NCBI GenBank assembly: GCA_964386975.1
Contig: CAYLUS010000001.1
Span: 67,630 to 131,629 of the forward strand
Direction: 5' to 3'
Origin: an uncultured Methylococcus sp.
Lineage (GTDB): Bacteria > Pseudomonadota > Gammaproteobacteria > Methylococcales > Methylococcaceae
DNA: 64,000 bases
Within the stretch, counting starts at the first letter, position 1, and each line of letters starts with the position of its first letter. A model generated the notes under the pieces. The model saw only the letters and a list, made by a program, of their open reading frames with translations. It was not told the DNA's origin and did no database searches. Both the position numbers and the translations under genes were made by a program. This document shows, piece after piece, positions 40,943 through 50,697 of the stretch.

Positions 40943-41068
40943 GGCGGCTCGGAATGGGAAATGGAACTGCCACTCATTATAGGCAATGGTCTGACCTCGC
41001 CCATTTCCTGACAACTTTACTTGGTTTTTAATGAGTACTAAAATGGTCCTAAATAGAGGCAGACGACC

Positions 41069-41545
41069 ATGCTCCGTATCAGCAAACTTAGCGACTACGC
41101 CATCATCGTGCTCGGACACATGGCCCGCGATCCGGATCGGGTCTTTGCGGCCAATGATCTGGCAAGCCAGGCCAAAATTGCCCCGCCGACGGTCAGCAAA
41201 GTCCTTAAAGCGCTGGTCAAAGCCAAAATCGTTCACTCGACCCGAGGCGCGAAGGGCGGCTACCAGCTCACCCGTGCGCCTTCTGCCACCCCGATTGCCA
41301 GCATCATTGCCGCCCTGGAAGGACCGATCGCGCTAACCGAATGCGGTCTTGGCAGCACCCGATGCGAACAGTCCGGGTCCTGCGATGTCCGCGGCAACTG
41401 GTCCGTTCTCAACGGCGCCATTCAGACCGCTCTGGAGTCGGTAACTCTGGAGGACATGGCCGTGCCCATGAAAAAGGCACCGGAACGTTTCCGCATCGTC
41501 ATTCGCAACCTTGCCCAGCCGGCCAGCGGCTGTATTTCGGAGTAA
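41069..41545 (+). CDS. Rrf2-family transcriptional regulator (SUF system Fe-S assembly regulator, IscR-like)
   Basis: N-terminal wHTH MLRISKLSDYAIIVLGHMA...GGYQL and three clustered Cys (C-x6-C-x5-C: CGLGSTRCEQSGSC) for a cluster ligand. Immediately upstream of sufB. Confidence 0.85.
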   Translation: MLRISKLSDYAIIVLGHMARDPDRVFAANDLASQAKIAPPTVSKVLKALVKAKIVHSTRGAKGGYQLTRAPSATPIASIIAALEGPIALTECGLGSTRCEQSGSCDVRGNWSVLNGAIQTALESVTLEDMAVPMKKAPERFRIVIRNLAQPASGCISE

Positions 41546-41551
41546 GCCTCG

Positions 41552-42997
41552 ATGTCAAGCTCACAAGAGACGCTCGACCACCTGATCCAGAAGGAATATA
41601 AGCCCGGGTTCGTGACAGACCTCGAGGCCGATACCCTTCCGCCCGGCCTGAACGAAGACGTCATTAAGGAGATCTCAAGACGGAAGAACGAGCCTCAATT
41701 CATGCTCGAGTGGCGGCTTGAGGCCTACCGGCACTGGCTGACCATGAAAGAGCCGGAATGGGCCTACGTCGAATACGAACCCATCGATTACCAGAGCATC
41801 AGCTACTTTTCGGCGCCCAAAGTCAAAGAAGCGCCAAAGAGCCTTGATGAGGTTGACCCTAAGCTCCTGGAGACTTACAAGAAACTCGGTATTCCCTTGT
41901 ATGAACAGGAGCGGCTCGCCGGTGTTGCCGTTGACGCCGTCTTCGACAGTGTCTCGGTCGCAACGACGTTCAAGGACAAACTCAAGGCCGCCGGAGTCAT
42001 TTTCTGCTCCATGTCAGAGGCCCTTCAGGAGCACCCTGAGCTTGTCCGGCAATATCTTGGAACCGTGGTACCACCCTCGGATAATTTCTTCGCCGCCCTC
42101 AATTCAGCGGTGTTCTCCGATGGCTCTTTCGTTTTCATTCCCAAGGGTGTCCGCTGCCCGATGGAACTGTCGACCTACTTCCGGATCAATGCCGCCAAAA
42201 CAGGCCAGTTCGAACGGACCCTCATCATCGCAGAGGATGATAGCCATGTGAGTTATCTGGAGGGATGTACCGCCCCCATGCGCGATGAAAACCAGCTGCA
42301 CGCCGCGGTCGTCGAACTGGTGGCCCTGGACCGTGCCGAGATCAAGTATTCGACCGTACAGAACTGGTATCCGGGGGATGAGGAAGGCCGCGGCGGCATC
42401 TATAACTTTGTCACCAAACGGGGCGATTGCCGGGGGCAGCGATCGAAGATTTCCTGGACTCAGGTCGAAACGGGATCAGCCATCACCTGGAAATACCCGA
42501 GCTGTATTCTCAGGGGCGAGGCGTCGGTCGGCGAGTTCTATTCGGTCGCCGTCACCAACCATCGGCAGCAGGCCGATACCGGCACCAAGATGATCCACAT
42601 CGGCCGCAACACGACCAGCACGATCATCTCCAAGGGCATTTCAGCCGGCCGTGCACAAAACAGCTACCGTGGCCAGGTCAAAATCCTCAAAAGCGCCGAA
42701 AACGCCCGCAATTTCACGCAGTGTGATTCCCTGCTGATCGGCGATCGTTGCGGAGCGCATACCTTTCCCTATGTCGAAGTCCGCCAGCCCAGCGCCCGGC
42801 TGGAGCACGAGGCTACCACCTCAAAAATCAGTGAGGATCAGTTGTTCTTCTGCCAACAACGCGGACTCTCCGCAGAGGATGCCGTATCCATGATCGTCAA
42901 CGGCTTCTGCAAGCAAGTTTTCAAAGAGCTGCCGATGGAGTTTGCGGTCGAAGCCCAGGCCCTGCTTGGAATCAGCCTAGAAGGCAGCGTCGGATAG
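41552..42997 (+). CDS. sufB: Fe-S cluster assembly scaffold SufB
   Basis: 481 aa. Characteristic SYLEGCTAP and [17 protein letters not shown] segments. Followed by sufC and sufD. Confidence 0.93.
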   Translation: MSSSQETLDHLIQKEYKPGFVTDLEADTLPPGLNEDVIKEISRRKNEPQFMLEWRLEAYRHWLTMKEPEWAYVEYEPIDYQSISYFSAPKVKEAPKSLDEVDPKLLETYKKLGIPLYEQERLAGVAVDAVFDSVSVATTFKDKLKAAGVIFCSMSEALQEHPELVRQYLGTVVPPSDNFFAALNSAVFSDGSFVFIPKGVRCPMELSTYFRINAAKTGQFERTLIIAEDDSHVSYLEGCTAPMRDENQLHAAVVELVALDRAEIKYSTVQNWYPGDEEGRGGIYNFVTKRGDCRGQRSKISWTQVETGSAITWKYPSCILRGEASVGEFYSVAVTNHRQQADTGTKMIHIGRNTTSTIISKGISAGRAQNSYRGQVKILKSAENARNFTQCDSLLIGDRCGAHTFPYVEVRQPSARLEHEATTSKISEDQLFFCQQRGLSAEDAVSMIVNGFCKQVFKELPMEFAVEAQALLGISLEGSVG

Positions 42998-43024
42998 ATA
43001 CTTCCAAAGAGAGACCATTGAACC

Positions 43025-43786
43025 ATGTTAAGCATCCAGAACCTTGAAGCCTGTGCGGACGAGAAACCGATCCTCAAAGGCATTTCCCTGAACGTCAAGC
43101 CGGGCGAGGTGCATGCCATCATGGGACCCAACGGGTCCGGCAAGAGCACGCTCTCCCACGTCCTGGCCGGGCGCCCCGGCTATACCATCACGGGGGGCAG
43201 CGTTCGCTTCAATGACCAGGACCTACTGGCCATGAAACCGGAAGAGCGCGCCTGGCAAGGCCTGTTTTTGGCCTTTCAATACCCGGTCGAGATTCCCGGG
43301 GTCAGCAATATCTATCTTCTGAAAGCGGCCTTGAATGCGGTCCGAAAACACCGGGGCGAACCCGAGGTTGACGCCATCGAGTTCCTGCAATTGGTGAAGA
43401 GCAAGATCAAGTCCTTGGGACTTGACGAGCAATTCCTTTACCGCGGCGTCAACGAGGGCTTCTCGGGCGGCGAAAAAAAGCGCAATGAGATCCTGCAGAT
43501 GGCGATCCTTGAGCCCTCTCTGTGCATCTTGGATGAAACTGACTCAGGACTCGATATCGATGCCCTCAAGATTGTTGCCGATGGCGTCAACAGCCTTCGT
43601 TCAGACGGTCGCGCATTCATGATGGTGACGCACTACCAGCGGCTCCTCGACTACATCAAACCTGACGTGGTGCATGTGCTCGCCCAGGGGCGGATTGTGC
43701 GCTCGGGGGGCCCGGAACTGGCGCTTGAGCTGGAGGAAAAGGGATACACCTGGATCGAAACCGGCACCCAGGGCGAGGGACATTGA
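43025..43786 (+). CDS. sufC: Fe-S cluster assembly ATPase SufC
   Basis: Walker A GPNGSGKST, signature FSGGEKKR, Walker B ILDETDSGLD. Confidence 0.93.
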   Translation: MLSIQNLEACADEKPILKGISLNVKPGEVHAIMGPNGSGKSTLSHVLAGRPGYTITGGSVRFNDQDLLAMKPEERAWQGLFLAFQYPVEIPGVSNIYLLKAALNAVRKHRGEPEVDAIEFLQLVKSKIKSLGLDEQFLYRGVNEGFSGGEKKRNEILQMAILEPSLCILDETDSGLDIDALKIVADGVNSLRSDGRAFMMVTHYQRLLDYIKPDVVHVLAQGRIVRSGGPELALELEEKGYTWIETGTQGEGH

Positions 43787-43790
43787 CGCC

Positions 43791-45056
43791 ATGGCAAACT
43801 CCACCTTTCCCTCAGCACAGGCCAGATGGCTCGGCGGCCATGCGAGCGAGAGCCAGAAAAGCGCTCGGCTGGCATTTGATCGCGTCGGCTTTCCAAGTGC
43901 CCGGGATGAGCGCTTTCGCTACACCCCGCTGATTGCTCTGACGCAAAAAGCCTTCCTCGAGCCAGTCCCTGAACCAATTGAACTTCAGGGCTTGCAGGCG
44001 CTTCCCCTTGAAGATGCAATCCAGCTGATCTTCATCAATGGTCATTTCTCGGGCGAACATTCCTCCAGCCTCGCGGACTTGCCGAAAGGGCTCAGGATCC
44101 GCATGGCTGCCCAGGACGAGACGGCAGCCGCGCGCCTTTTGGAACCACCCACCAGCGAGGCTCTGGCCCATGGTTTCGAACTGTTCAGCCGCGCCTACGC
44201 CACCGATGGCAGCCTGATTGAAGTCGAAGCCGGATGCGTGATTCAAACCCCCATTCATCTCCTGCACCTCGTAACCCTTTCCGACCATTATTTTGCTTAC
44301 CGGCATCATGTCCGTCTGGGTCGGGATGCCCGCCTTAGCCTGATCGAGTCTCATACCGGTCAGCATGACGAGAGCGCACTGACGGTCAGTGTCACCACCG
44401 CAAAATTGGACGAACGCGCCCAACTGGATCACCTCAAGCTCCAGAAAGAGGGCAAGGGTACGATTCATTTTGGCGCCATTGATGCTGATCAAGCCAAGGA
44501 TGCCCGCTTCAATCAGCGTCATGTCGCACTGGGTGCAAGCATTGCCAGAGCTGAAATCCATGCGCGGCTTGCCCAAGGCGCAGACTGTCAGCTCGATGGC
44601 CTGTTTGTCGCCACTGACAAGCGCCACCTCGACACCCAGACCTTGCTTCACCACACAGGCCCCGGAGCAACTAGCCGGGAACGCTATCGCGGGATAGCCA
44701 ATGGCCGGGGACGTGGCATCTTTACCGGCCGCATCGTCGTCGACCGGGCGGCACAAAAGACCCAAGCCGAGATGAATTGCAAGAACCTCTTGCTCTCGGA
44801 TCAGGCGGAAATCGACAGCCGGCCGCAATTGGAGATTCATGCGGATGATGTCCGCTGCGCACATGGACTGACCGTCGGTCAGCTCGATGAGAATGCCGTC
44901 TTCTTCCTGCGCTCCCGTGGCATCGAAGAAACCGAGGCTCGTCAGATTCTGACCCGCGCCTTCGCAGCCGAAATCATCGAAGAGCTTCAGCCGGCACCGC
45001 TGAAGCAGGTCATTCTTGCAGACCTCCTTCACCATCTCGACCCACAGCCAGAATGA
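43791..45056 (+). CDS. sufD: Fe-S cluster assembly protein SufD
   Basis: C-terminal beta-helix region shared with SufB (PQLEIHADDVRCAHGLTVGQLDE). Start placed at MANSTFP (43791), 4 nt after the sufC stop. Confidence 0.88.
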   Translation: MANSTFPSAQARWLGGHASESQKSARLAFDRVGFPSARDERFRYTPLIALTQKAFLEPVPEPIELQGLQALPLEDAIQLIFINGHFSGEHSSSLADLPKGLRIRMAAQDETAAARLLEPPTSEALAHGFELFSRAYATDGSLIEVEAGCVIQTPIHLLHLVTLSDHYFAYRHHVRLGRDARLSLIESHTGQHDESALTVSVTTAKLDERAQLDHLKLQKEGKGTIHFGAIDADQAKDARFNQRHVALGASIARAEIHARLAQGADCQLDGLFVATDKRHLDTQTLLHHTGPGATSRERYRGIANGRGRGIFTGRIVVDRAAQKTQAEMNCKNLLLSDQAEIDSRPQLEIHADDVRCAHGLTVGQLDENAVFFLRSRGIEETEARQILTRAFAAEIIEELQPAPLKQVILADLLHHLDPQPE

Positions 45057-46300
45057 ACGCAACCGGCACTTTGCATCAAACGCTGGACATACAGTCCATC
45101 CGGCGTGATTTTCCGATTCTCGCCCAAACTGTCCACGGGCATCCACTGAACTACCTGGATAACGGCGCATCCACTCAAAAACCACGCGCCGTAATCGACG
45201 CCATTCGCGATGTGTACGAAAACGACTATGCGAATGTCCATCGAGGGGTTCACTCGCTCAGCCAGCGGGCCACCGACCGCTATGAGGCAGCCCGCAGCAA
45301 GGTCAGGCAGTTCATCAATGCCCGCCACGATCATGAAATCATCTTTGTTCGGGGAACCACGGAGGCCATCAATCTGGTCGCCCAGAGCTTTGGCAGAAGC
45401 CGCATCGGGCCGGGTGACGAAATCCTGATTACCGCCATGGAGCACCACTCCAACATTGTCCCCTGGCAGATGCTCGCGCAGCAGACCGGCGCTCTTCTCA
45501 AGGTCGTCCCGATCACGACTACCGGAGAACTGGATCTTCATGCGATGGAGCAGCTCTTGGGCGAGAAGACCCGGCTGTTCTCCTTCGTTCATGTCTCCAA
45601 TGCGCTCGGCACCATCAATCCAGCCGCTGAAATGATTGCGATGGCCCACGCGCGCGGTATACCGGTGCTCCTCGATGGCGCCCAATCCTCGCCGCATATG
45701 CGGGTCGATGTCAGCGCGCTGGACTGCGACTTTTTTGCTTTCTCCGGCCACAAGGTCTACGGCCCCTCGGGTATCGGCGTCCTATATGGAAAAGAGGCGC
45801 TGCTCAAGGAAATGCCTCCCTACCAGGGGGGCGGCGACATGATTCGCTACGTGACGCTGGAAAAATCCGAATACAACGACCTGCCCTACAAGTTCGAAGC
45901 CGGCACCCCGAGCATCGCCGACGCCGTGGGTCTGGGTGCGGCAATCGACTACCTGAGCGAAAAGGGTCTTGATGCAGTTGCTGACCATGAACATCGGCTT
46001 TTGACCCTGGCGACGGAATTGGCGCAGAGCGTGCCGGAGCTCAGGATCATAGGTACCGCGCGAGAAAAAAGCGCGATCCTCTCGTTTACCCTTGGACGCA
46101 TTCATCCCCACGATATCGGCACGCTTCTGGATCAGTTAGGCATTGCGATTCGCGCCGGTCACCACTGTGCAATGCCCGTCATGGACTTCTTCGGCGTTCC
46201 GGCGACGGCCCGGGCCTCCTTTGGCATGTACAATACCGAGGACGAGGTGCACCACCTGTTTGAGGGGCTTCGCGAAATCATCGCGATGTTCAACCGCTAG
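45053..46300 (+). CDS. sufS: cysteine desulfurase SufS (group II)
   Basis: PLP-Lys region FSGHKVYGPSG and active-site Cys loop IRAGHHCAMP. The ATG overlaps the sufD stop (ATGA). Confidence 0.92.
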   Translation: MNATGTLHQTLDIQSIRRDFPILAQTVHGHPLNYLDNGASTQKPRAVIDAIRDVYENDYANVHRGVHSLSQRATDRYEAARSKVRQFINARHDHEIIFVRGTTEAINLVAQSFGRSRIGPGDEILITAMEHHSNIVPWQMLAQQTGALLKVVPITTTGELDLHAMEQLLGEKTRLFSFVHVSNALGTINPAAEMIAMAHARGIPVLLDGAQSSPHMRVDVSALDCDFFAFSGHKVYGPSGIGVLYGKEALLKEMPPYQGGGDMIRYVTLEKSEYNDLPYKFEAGTPSIADAVGLGAAIDYLSEKGLDAVADHEHRLLTLATELAQSVPELRIIGTAREKSAILSFTLGRIHPHDIGTLLDQLGIAIRAGHHCAMPVMDFFGVPATARASFGMYNTEDEVHHLFEGLREIIAMFNR

Positions 46301-46325
46301 ACCGCACCATTACGCATATCAGGCC

Positions 46326-46781
46326 ATGCTCGACCAAATCCGCGACCTTTATCAAGAAGTCGTTTTCGATCATAACCGCAACCCCCGTAACTTCAGGGTC
46401 ATGGAGGATGCAACGAGAACGATCGAAGGCTTCAATCCGCTCTGTGGCGACCGCATCACCCTTTATGCCAAGGTTCGCGAGGGCGTTATCGAGGATGTCA
46501 GCTTTCAAGGCTCGGGCTGTGCGATTTCCACCGCCTCGGCATCGCTCATGACCGAGATCGTAAAAGGTCAATCCGAAGAGGAAGCCCAGCATCTGTTTGA
46601 TCTTTTTCATCGCATCACCACCGGTCAAGAGGGTGATGACGTCAATCTGGATGAAATCGGAAAACTGGCCGTGCTGGCGGGTGTTCGCGCCTACCCGGCA
46701 CGCGTCAAGTGCGCGACCTTGCCCTGGCACTCCCTTCAGGCCGCACTTCAAAACGAACACGCTTCCGTTTCTACGGAATAA
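46326..46781 (+). CDS. sufU: SUF-system NifU/IscU-like sulfur-transfer protein (SufU type)
   Basis: NPLCGD, GSGCAIS and RVKCATLPW Cys motifs, with the insertion between the 2nd and 3rd Cys that typifies SufU. Start at MLDQIRD (46326). Confidence 0.8.
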   Translation: MLDQIRDLYQEVVFDHNRNPRNFRVMEDATRTIEGFNPLCGDRITLYAKVREGVIEDVSFQGSGCAISTASASLMTEIVKGQSEEEAQHLFDLFHRITTGQEGDDVNLDEIGKLAVLAGVRAYPARVKCATLPWHSLQAALQNEHASVSTE

Positions 46782-46783
46782 CG

Positions 46784-47101
46784 ATGGCGAAATGGATCCC
46801 TGTCATTCGGGAAGGCGCTCTCGCGCCGGGTGAACATGTCCTGATCGATGCTGACGGCATTCAGTTGGTGGTCTTCAACAGCGAGGGCCATTATTTCGCG
46901 ATCGAAAACCTGTGCAGTCACGACGGCAATCCGATCAACGAGGGCCGCGTTGAAGAAGGTGAGATCATCTGCCCTCGACATGGGGCGCGGTTCTGCCTCA
47001 AAACCGGCCAGGTTCTCGGCCCACCCGCCTATGAGGATATTCCCGCACACGCGGTAAGGGTCCACGATGGGCAGATTGAGGTCGACTCAGATCCCAGCTA
47101 G
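46784..47101 (+). CDS. Rieske [2Fe-2S] ferredoxin-like protein
   Basis: 105 aa. CSHDG...CPRHGARF Rieske ligands. Begins 2 nt after the sufU stop. Confidence 0.85.
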   Translation: MAKWIPVIREGALAPGEHVLIDADGIQLVVFNSEGHYFAIENLCSHDGNPINEGRVEEGEIICPRHGARFCLKTGQVLGPPAYEDIPAHAVRVHDGQIEVDSDPS

Positions 47102-47179
47102 GGGCCGCCCCGTCCTCACATTCGGCCGGGAATTGAAGACCGGCCTGTATAATTTACGAACACACACCGAGTAAGGTTC

Positions 47180-48278
47180 ATGCGCGAACTTAATCCCCTT
47201 TATAACCAGATCAAAGACCTCAAGGGCCGTGACGAGTCCCTTAGGGGGTATCTTTGACTTTGAAATCAAAGAAGAACGGCTTACCGAGGTCTTAAGGGAG
47301 CTTGAGGACCCCAAAATCTGGGATGATCCCGAGCGCGCCCAGGCGCTCGGCAAGGAACGCAACCAGCTCGAAGGAGTCGTTGATACGCTGAACCGCATTC
47401 GCCAAGGTATCCTGGATGCGGAGGAACTGCTGGAATTAGCCGTTGAAGAGGACGATGAGGCGAGCGTTGACTCGGTTGCCAACGACCTCGAAGCCTTTGA
47501 GACGGATATTGCCGGCCTTGAATTTCGCCGGATGTTCGCCGGAGAGATGGATCCCAATAACGCATTCTTGGACATCCAGTCAGGATCCGGCGGCACTGAA
47601 GCCCAAGACTGGGCTGCCATGCTCGAGCGAATGTATCTGCGCTGGGGCGAAAGGCGCGGCTTTAAGACCGAGCTGGTCGAGGAATCCGCTGGCGAGGTCG
47701 CTGGCATCAAAAGCTGTACCATTCGCTTTGAGGGCGAATACGCCTATGGGTGGCTTCGGACCGAAACCGGTGTTCACCGGCTGGTCCGAAAGTCGCCGTT
47801 TGATTCAGGCAATCGACGGCACACCTCGTTCTCCTCCGTGTTTGTGTCACCTGAAGTGGATGACAATATTGATATCGATATCAATCCTGCCGACCTCAGG
47901 ACCGATGTGTATCGGGCCAGCGGTGCCGGCGGCCAGCACGTCAACCGGACCGAATCTGCAGTTCGCATCACGCACATACCCAGCGGTGTGGTTGTCCAAT
48001 GCCAGAGCCAACGATCCCAGCATGCCAATCGCGACTGGTGCATGAAGCAGCTCCGCGCCAAACTTTATGAGCTGGAAATCCAGAAACGAAACACGGAAAA
48101 ACAGAAACTGGAGGACTCTAAATCGGACATCGGTTGGGGCAGCCAGATCCGCTCCTACGTCCTTGATCAATCCCGCATCAAGGACCTTAGAACCAATGTA
48201 GAAACCAGTAATCCGCAACCGGTGCTCGATGGAGACCTTGATCTTTTCATCGAAGCCAGTCTTAAAAGTGGTCTTTAA
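47180..48278 (+). CDS. prfB: peptide chain release factor 2, requires programmed +1 ribosomal frameshift: join(47180..47254,47256..48278)
   Basis: ORF0 [25 protein letters not shown] ends at in-frame TGA (47255-57) within AGGGGGTATCTTTGAC. The +1 frame continues DFEIKEERL... and carries SPF (RKSPFDS) and GGQ (SGAGGQHVN) motifs. The ORF track only reports the downstream frame (47229-48278). Confidence 0.93.
47243..47258 (+). promoter_or_regulatory. prfB autoregulatory +1 frameshift site (internal SD-like AGGGGG, 3-nt spacer, CTT TGA C slippery/stop context)
   Basis: The sequence AGGGGG TAT CTT TGA C matches the canonical RF2 recoding signal. Confidence 0.9.
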
Positions 48279-48287
48279 AAGAACGGC

Positions 48288-49781
48288 ATGAACGACTTCT
48301 CCGACGAGAACAAATTAACCCTGCAACGCCGCGAAAAACTCGCCCAGATTCAGGAGACAGGGGCCAACGCCTATCCAAACGACTTTAAAAGGGATCGTCT
48401 GGCGGATGAGCTGCATCAGGAATTCGGTGCCCTTGAGACCGAGGCACTGGAGTCGATGGCAACCGCTGTGAAACTCGGCGGCCGCATCATGACCAAGCGG
48501 ATCATGGGTAAGGCATCCTTTGCCCACCTCCAGGACATGTCCGGGCAGATGCAGCTGTTCTTCCAGCGCGACAGTCTGCCCGAAGGCGTTTATGACCAAT
48601 TCAAGAGCTGGGATCTGGGTGACATCATTGGGGTCGAGGGCCAGCTATTCAAAACCAAGACCGGCGAACTCTCGGTCAGAGTCAACAAGGCGAGACTCCT
48701 GACCAAATCGTTGCGGCCACTGCCGGAGAAATTCCATGGCCTGACCGATGCCGAGACCTGTTACCGGCAACGCTATCTGGACCTTGTGATGAACCCGACC
48801 TCGCGTCGCGTGTTCCTCATACGCAGCGCCATCGTGCGACATATCCGCGAATTCCTGAGTGAACGGCAGTTCCTCGAGGTGGAAACGCCCATGATGCAGG
48901 TCATCCCCGGTGGCGCTCGCGCCAAGCCGTTCGTGACGCATCACAATGCGCTGGACATGGACCTCTATCTCCGCATCGCTCCAGAACTCTACCTCAAGCG
49001 GCTGGTGGTGGGTGGCTTTGAGCGTGTCTTTGAAATTAACCGGAGTTTCAGGAACGAGGGGCTGTCGACGCGGCACAACCCTGAATTCACCATGATCGAG
49101 TTCTATCAGGCCTACGCCGATTACCGGGAGCTGATGGATCTGACCGAGGAATTGATGCGCTCCATTGCGACTTCGATTCTCGGATCCACCGATGTGGTCT
49201 ATCAAGGGACAACCTATGATCTCTCCAAGCCGTTCCGCCGAATGACGGTGCTGGAGTCGATCCTCTTCTACAACCCCGACATCTCGCTGTCCGAACTGGA
49301 AGACCGCAGCCTCGCTGAACAGCGAGCAAAATCCTTGGGCATCAAGATTGATGCTGCAGACGGTCTGGGCAAAATACAGACCGAAATATTTGAAAAAACA
49401 GTCGAAGATCGGCTGTTTGAACCTACGTTCATTACGGCCTACCCCGCCGAAGTTTCACCGCTCGCCCGTCGCAATGATGACAATCCCTTCATCACGGACC
49501 GCTTTGAGTTCTTTGTGGCCGGTCGCGAACTGGCCAACGGGTTTTCCGAATTGAATGATCCGGATGATCAGGCAGAGCGTTTCAAAAAGCAGGTCGAAAA
49601 CAAGGATGCGGGCGATGAGGAAGCAATGCACTTTGACGCGGATTACATCCGCGCGCTCGAGTATGGCATGGCGCCGACCGCGGGCGAGGGCATCGGTATT
49701 GACCGCTTGGTCATGTTCTTTACCGATTCACCCTCGATCCGCGATGTCATCCTGTTCCCGCATATGCGCCGTGAGGCCTGA
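48288..49781 (+). CDS. lysS: lysine--tRNA ligase (class II)
   Basis: 497 aa. OB-fold anticodon-binding N-domain and class II motifs (FLEVETPMM; FRNEG; GIGIDRLVM). Conserved prfB-lysS pairing. Confidence 0.94.
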   Translation: MNDFSDENKLTLQRREKLAQIQETGANAYPNDFKRDRLADELHQEFGALETEALESMATAVKLGGRIMTKRIMGKASFAHLQDMSGQMQLFFQRDSLPEGVYDQFKSWDLGDIIGVEGQLFKTKTGELSVRVNKARLLTKSLRPLPEKFHGLTDAETCYRQRYLDLVMNPTSRRVFLIRSAIVRHIREFLSERQFLEVETPMMQVIPGGARAKPFVTHHNALDMDLYLRIAPELYLKRLVVGGFERVFEINRSFRNEGLSTRHNPEFTMIEFYQAYADYRELMDLTEELMRSIATSILGSTDVVYQGTTYDLSKPFRRMTVLESILFYNPDISLSELEDRSLAEQRAKSLGIKIDAADGLGKIQTEIFEKTVEDRLFEPTFITAYPAEVSPLARRNDDNPFITDRFEFFVAGRELANGFSELNDPDDQAERFKKQVENKDAGDEEAMHFDADYIRALEYGMAPTAGEGIGIDRLVMFFTDSPSIRDVILFPHMRREA

Positions 49782-49803
49782 TCCCCGCCAGCGGCTTCGG
49801 AAC

Positions 49804-50649
49804 CTACCGTGATGATCTGAGATTCCCCTGTTCATCGACCAGGGGAATCTCAAACTCCCTCAAGACAGCATCAATGGCAGTGGCCTCTTGCTTGAGAAGC
49901 CCATCCAGCTTCTCCTTCCGGTCTTTATCCGGTATTCGCACACCGACAGACATCGGGAAATCGAAGCGAATACCTGCCTCTGTCTTCATGGGAATCAGGA
50001 CATAGTTTGCCGGCTTTTGCCGCCCCACATGAGCCGCTATAGGTCCCCAGACGATCGCAAGATCGATCTTTTGATCCTGAAAATCCTGAGCCAGCACTTG
50101 CGCTGAATTCTGGGTGACATCACCCGTCATGCTCTGGTAAGGAATGCCTTGATTGACAAAGCCATGCTTCAAAATCCAGTCAGTGCCCGGCTGACGGTCA
50201 TACATGGCAAACCGCAGCTTGCTTTTGACCGTATCCGGGAGCTGATCCAGATCCGCTGGCGCCTTGATTGCATCCAGGCCCGTCCCTTTGCGAAGGATCA
50301 GAACATAGGTCGAACGGTAGTAGGGCGCCGTGGAGGCCACCATTTCTGCACCGGTCGGAATCCCCATGATCACATCACATTTGTACTCCTCGGAATCCGG
50401 AAGCTTAGCCTTGAGCGTGTTGCGAATAAACCCAAGCCGCTGAGGAAACCAGGTGTATTCGACCTTCTGATCCAACGATTTTGCAAGAAGATCGGCAATT
50501 CGATTCTCGAAGCCCTTGCCGTCCTTAGTCGAATAGGGGGGGTTATTCGGGTCGGCACAGACCTTGAATACGCCGGCCGCCTCGATCTGCATTGACATCA
50601 CCAACGTCGCTGCAAGGCACGGCACCTTAAAGAGAGTCATTTTGTTCAT
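49804..50649 (-). CDS. xoxJ: quinoprotein dehydrogenase-associated periplasmic substrate-binding protein (MoxJ/XoxJ-like)
   Basis: Signal peptide, then FKVCADPNNPPYS...FENRIADLLA, typical of the type-2 SBP fold of the MxaJ/XoxJ family. Directly downstream of xoxF. Start placed at MNKMTLF (50649). Confidence 0.7.
   Translation of the reverse strand: MNKMTLFKVPCLAATLVMSMQIEAAGVFKVCADPNNPPYSTKDGKGFENRIADLLAKSLDQKVEYTWFPQRLGFIRNTLKAKLPDSEEYKCDVIMGIPTGAEMVASTAPYYRSTYVLILRKGTGLDAIKAPADLDQLPDTVKSKLRFAMYDRQPGTDWILKHGFVNQGIPYQSMTGDVTQNSAQVLAQDFQDQKIDLAIVWGPIAAHVGRQKPANYVLIPMKTEAGIRFDFPMSVGVRIPDKDRKEKLDGLLKQEATAIDAVLREFEIPLVDEQGNLRSSR
49818..49852. terminator. perfect 13-bp inverted repeat (TGAGATTCCCCTG-9 nt-CAGGGGAATCTCA) between convergent lysS and xoxJ, inside the last codons of xoxJ
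   Basis: Read directly from the sequence. It starts 37 nt after the lysS stop. No U-tract on either strand, so it is not a canonical intrinsic terminator. Confidence 0.4.
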
Positions 50650-50697
50650 TTCGATCACTCCGATTCGAGACCCCAAAACCAAGGGGCTAAAACGCAA

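Noticed and set aside
43812-45185. A 457-aa ORF antisense to sufD. Similar long antisense ORFs occur at 7591-8424 (ligA), 11732-12472 (clpB), 14261-15028 (dusB), 24147-24911 (dehydrogenase), 28325-29071 (GT2-A), 33902-34750 (asnB homolog), 45029-45751 (sufS), 47087-47722 (prfB), 56197-57267 (RND), 58446-59210 (MFP) and 60824-61768 (glgX).
   Set aside because: Each lies opposite a gene with clear family motifs. Their translations are Arg/Gly/Pro/Ser-rich low-complexity sequences with no recognisable domains. Long stop-free antisense frames are expected by chance in GC-rich coding DNA.
47121-47153. A consensus TATAAT (47148-47153) upstream of prfB, preceded by a GGCCGG-10 nt-CCGGCC hairpin. Considered as the prfB promoter plus a suf-operon terminator.
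   Set aside because: No acceptable -35 hexamer lies at 16-18 nt spacing (GCCGGG), and the TG is directly adjacent rather than in the extended -10 position. The stem is only 6 bp without a U-tract. It is plausible but not supportable from sequence alone.
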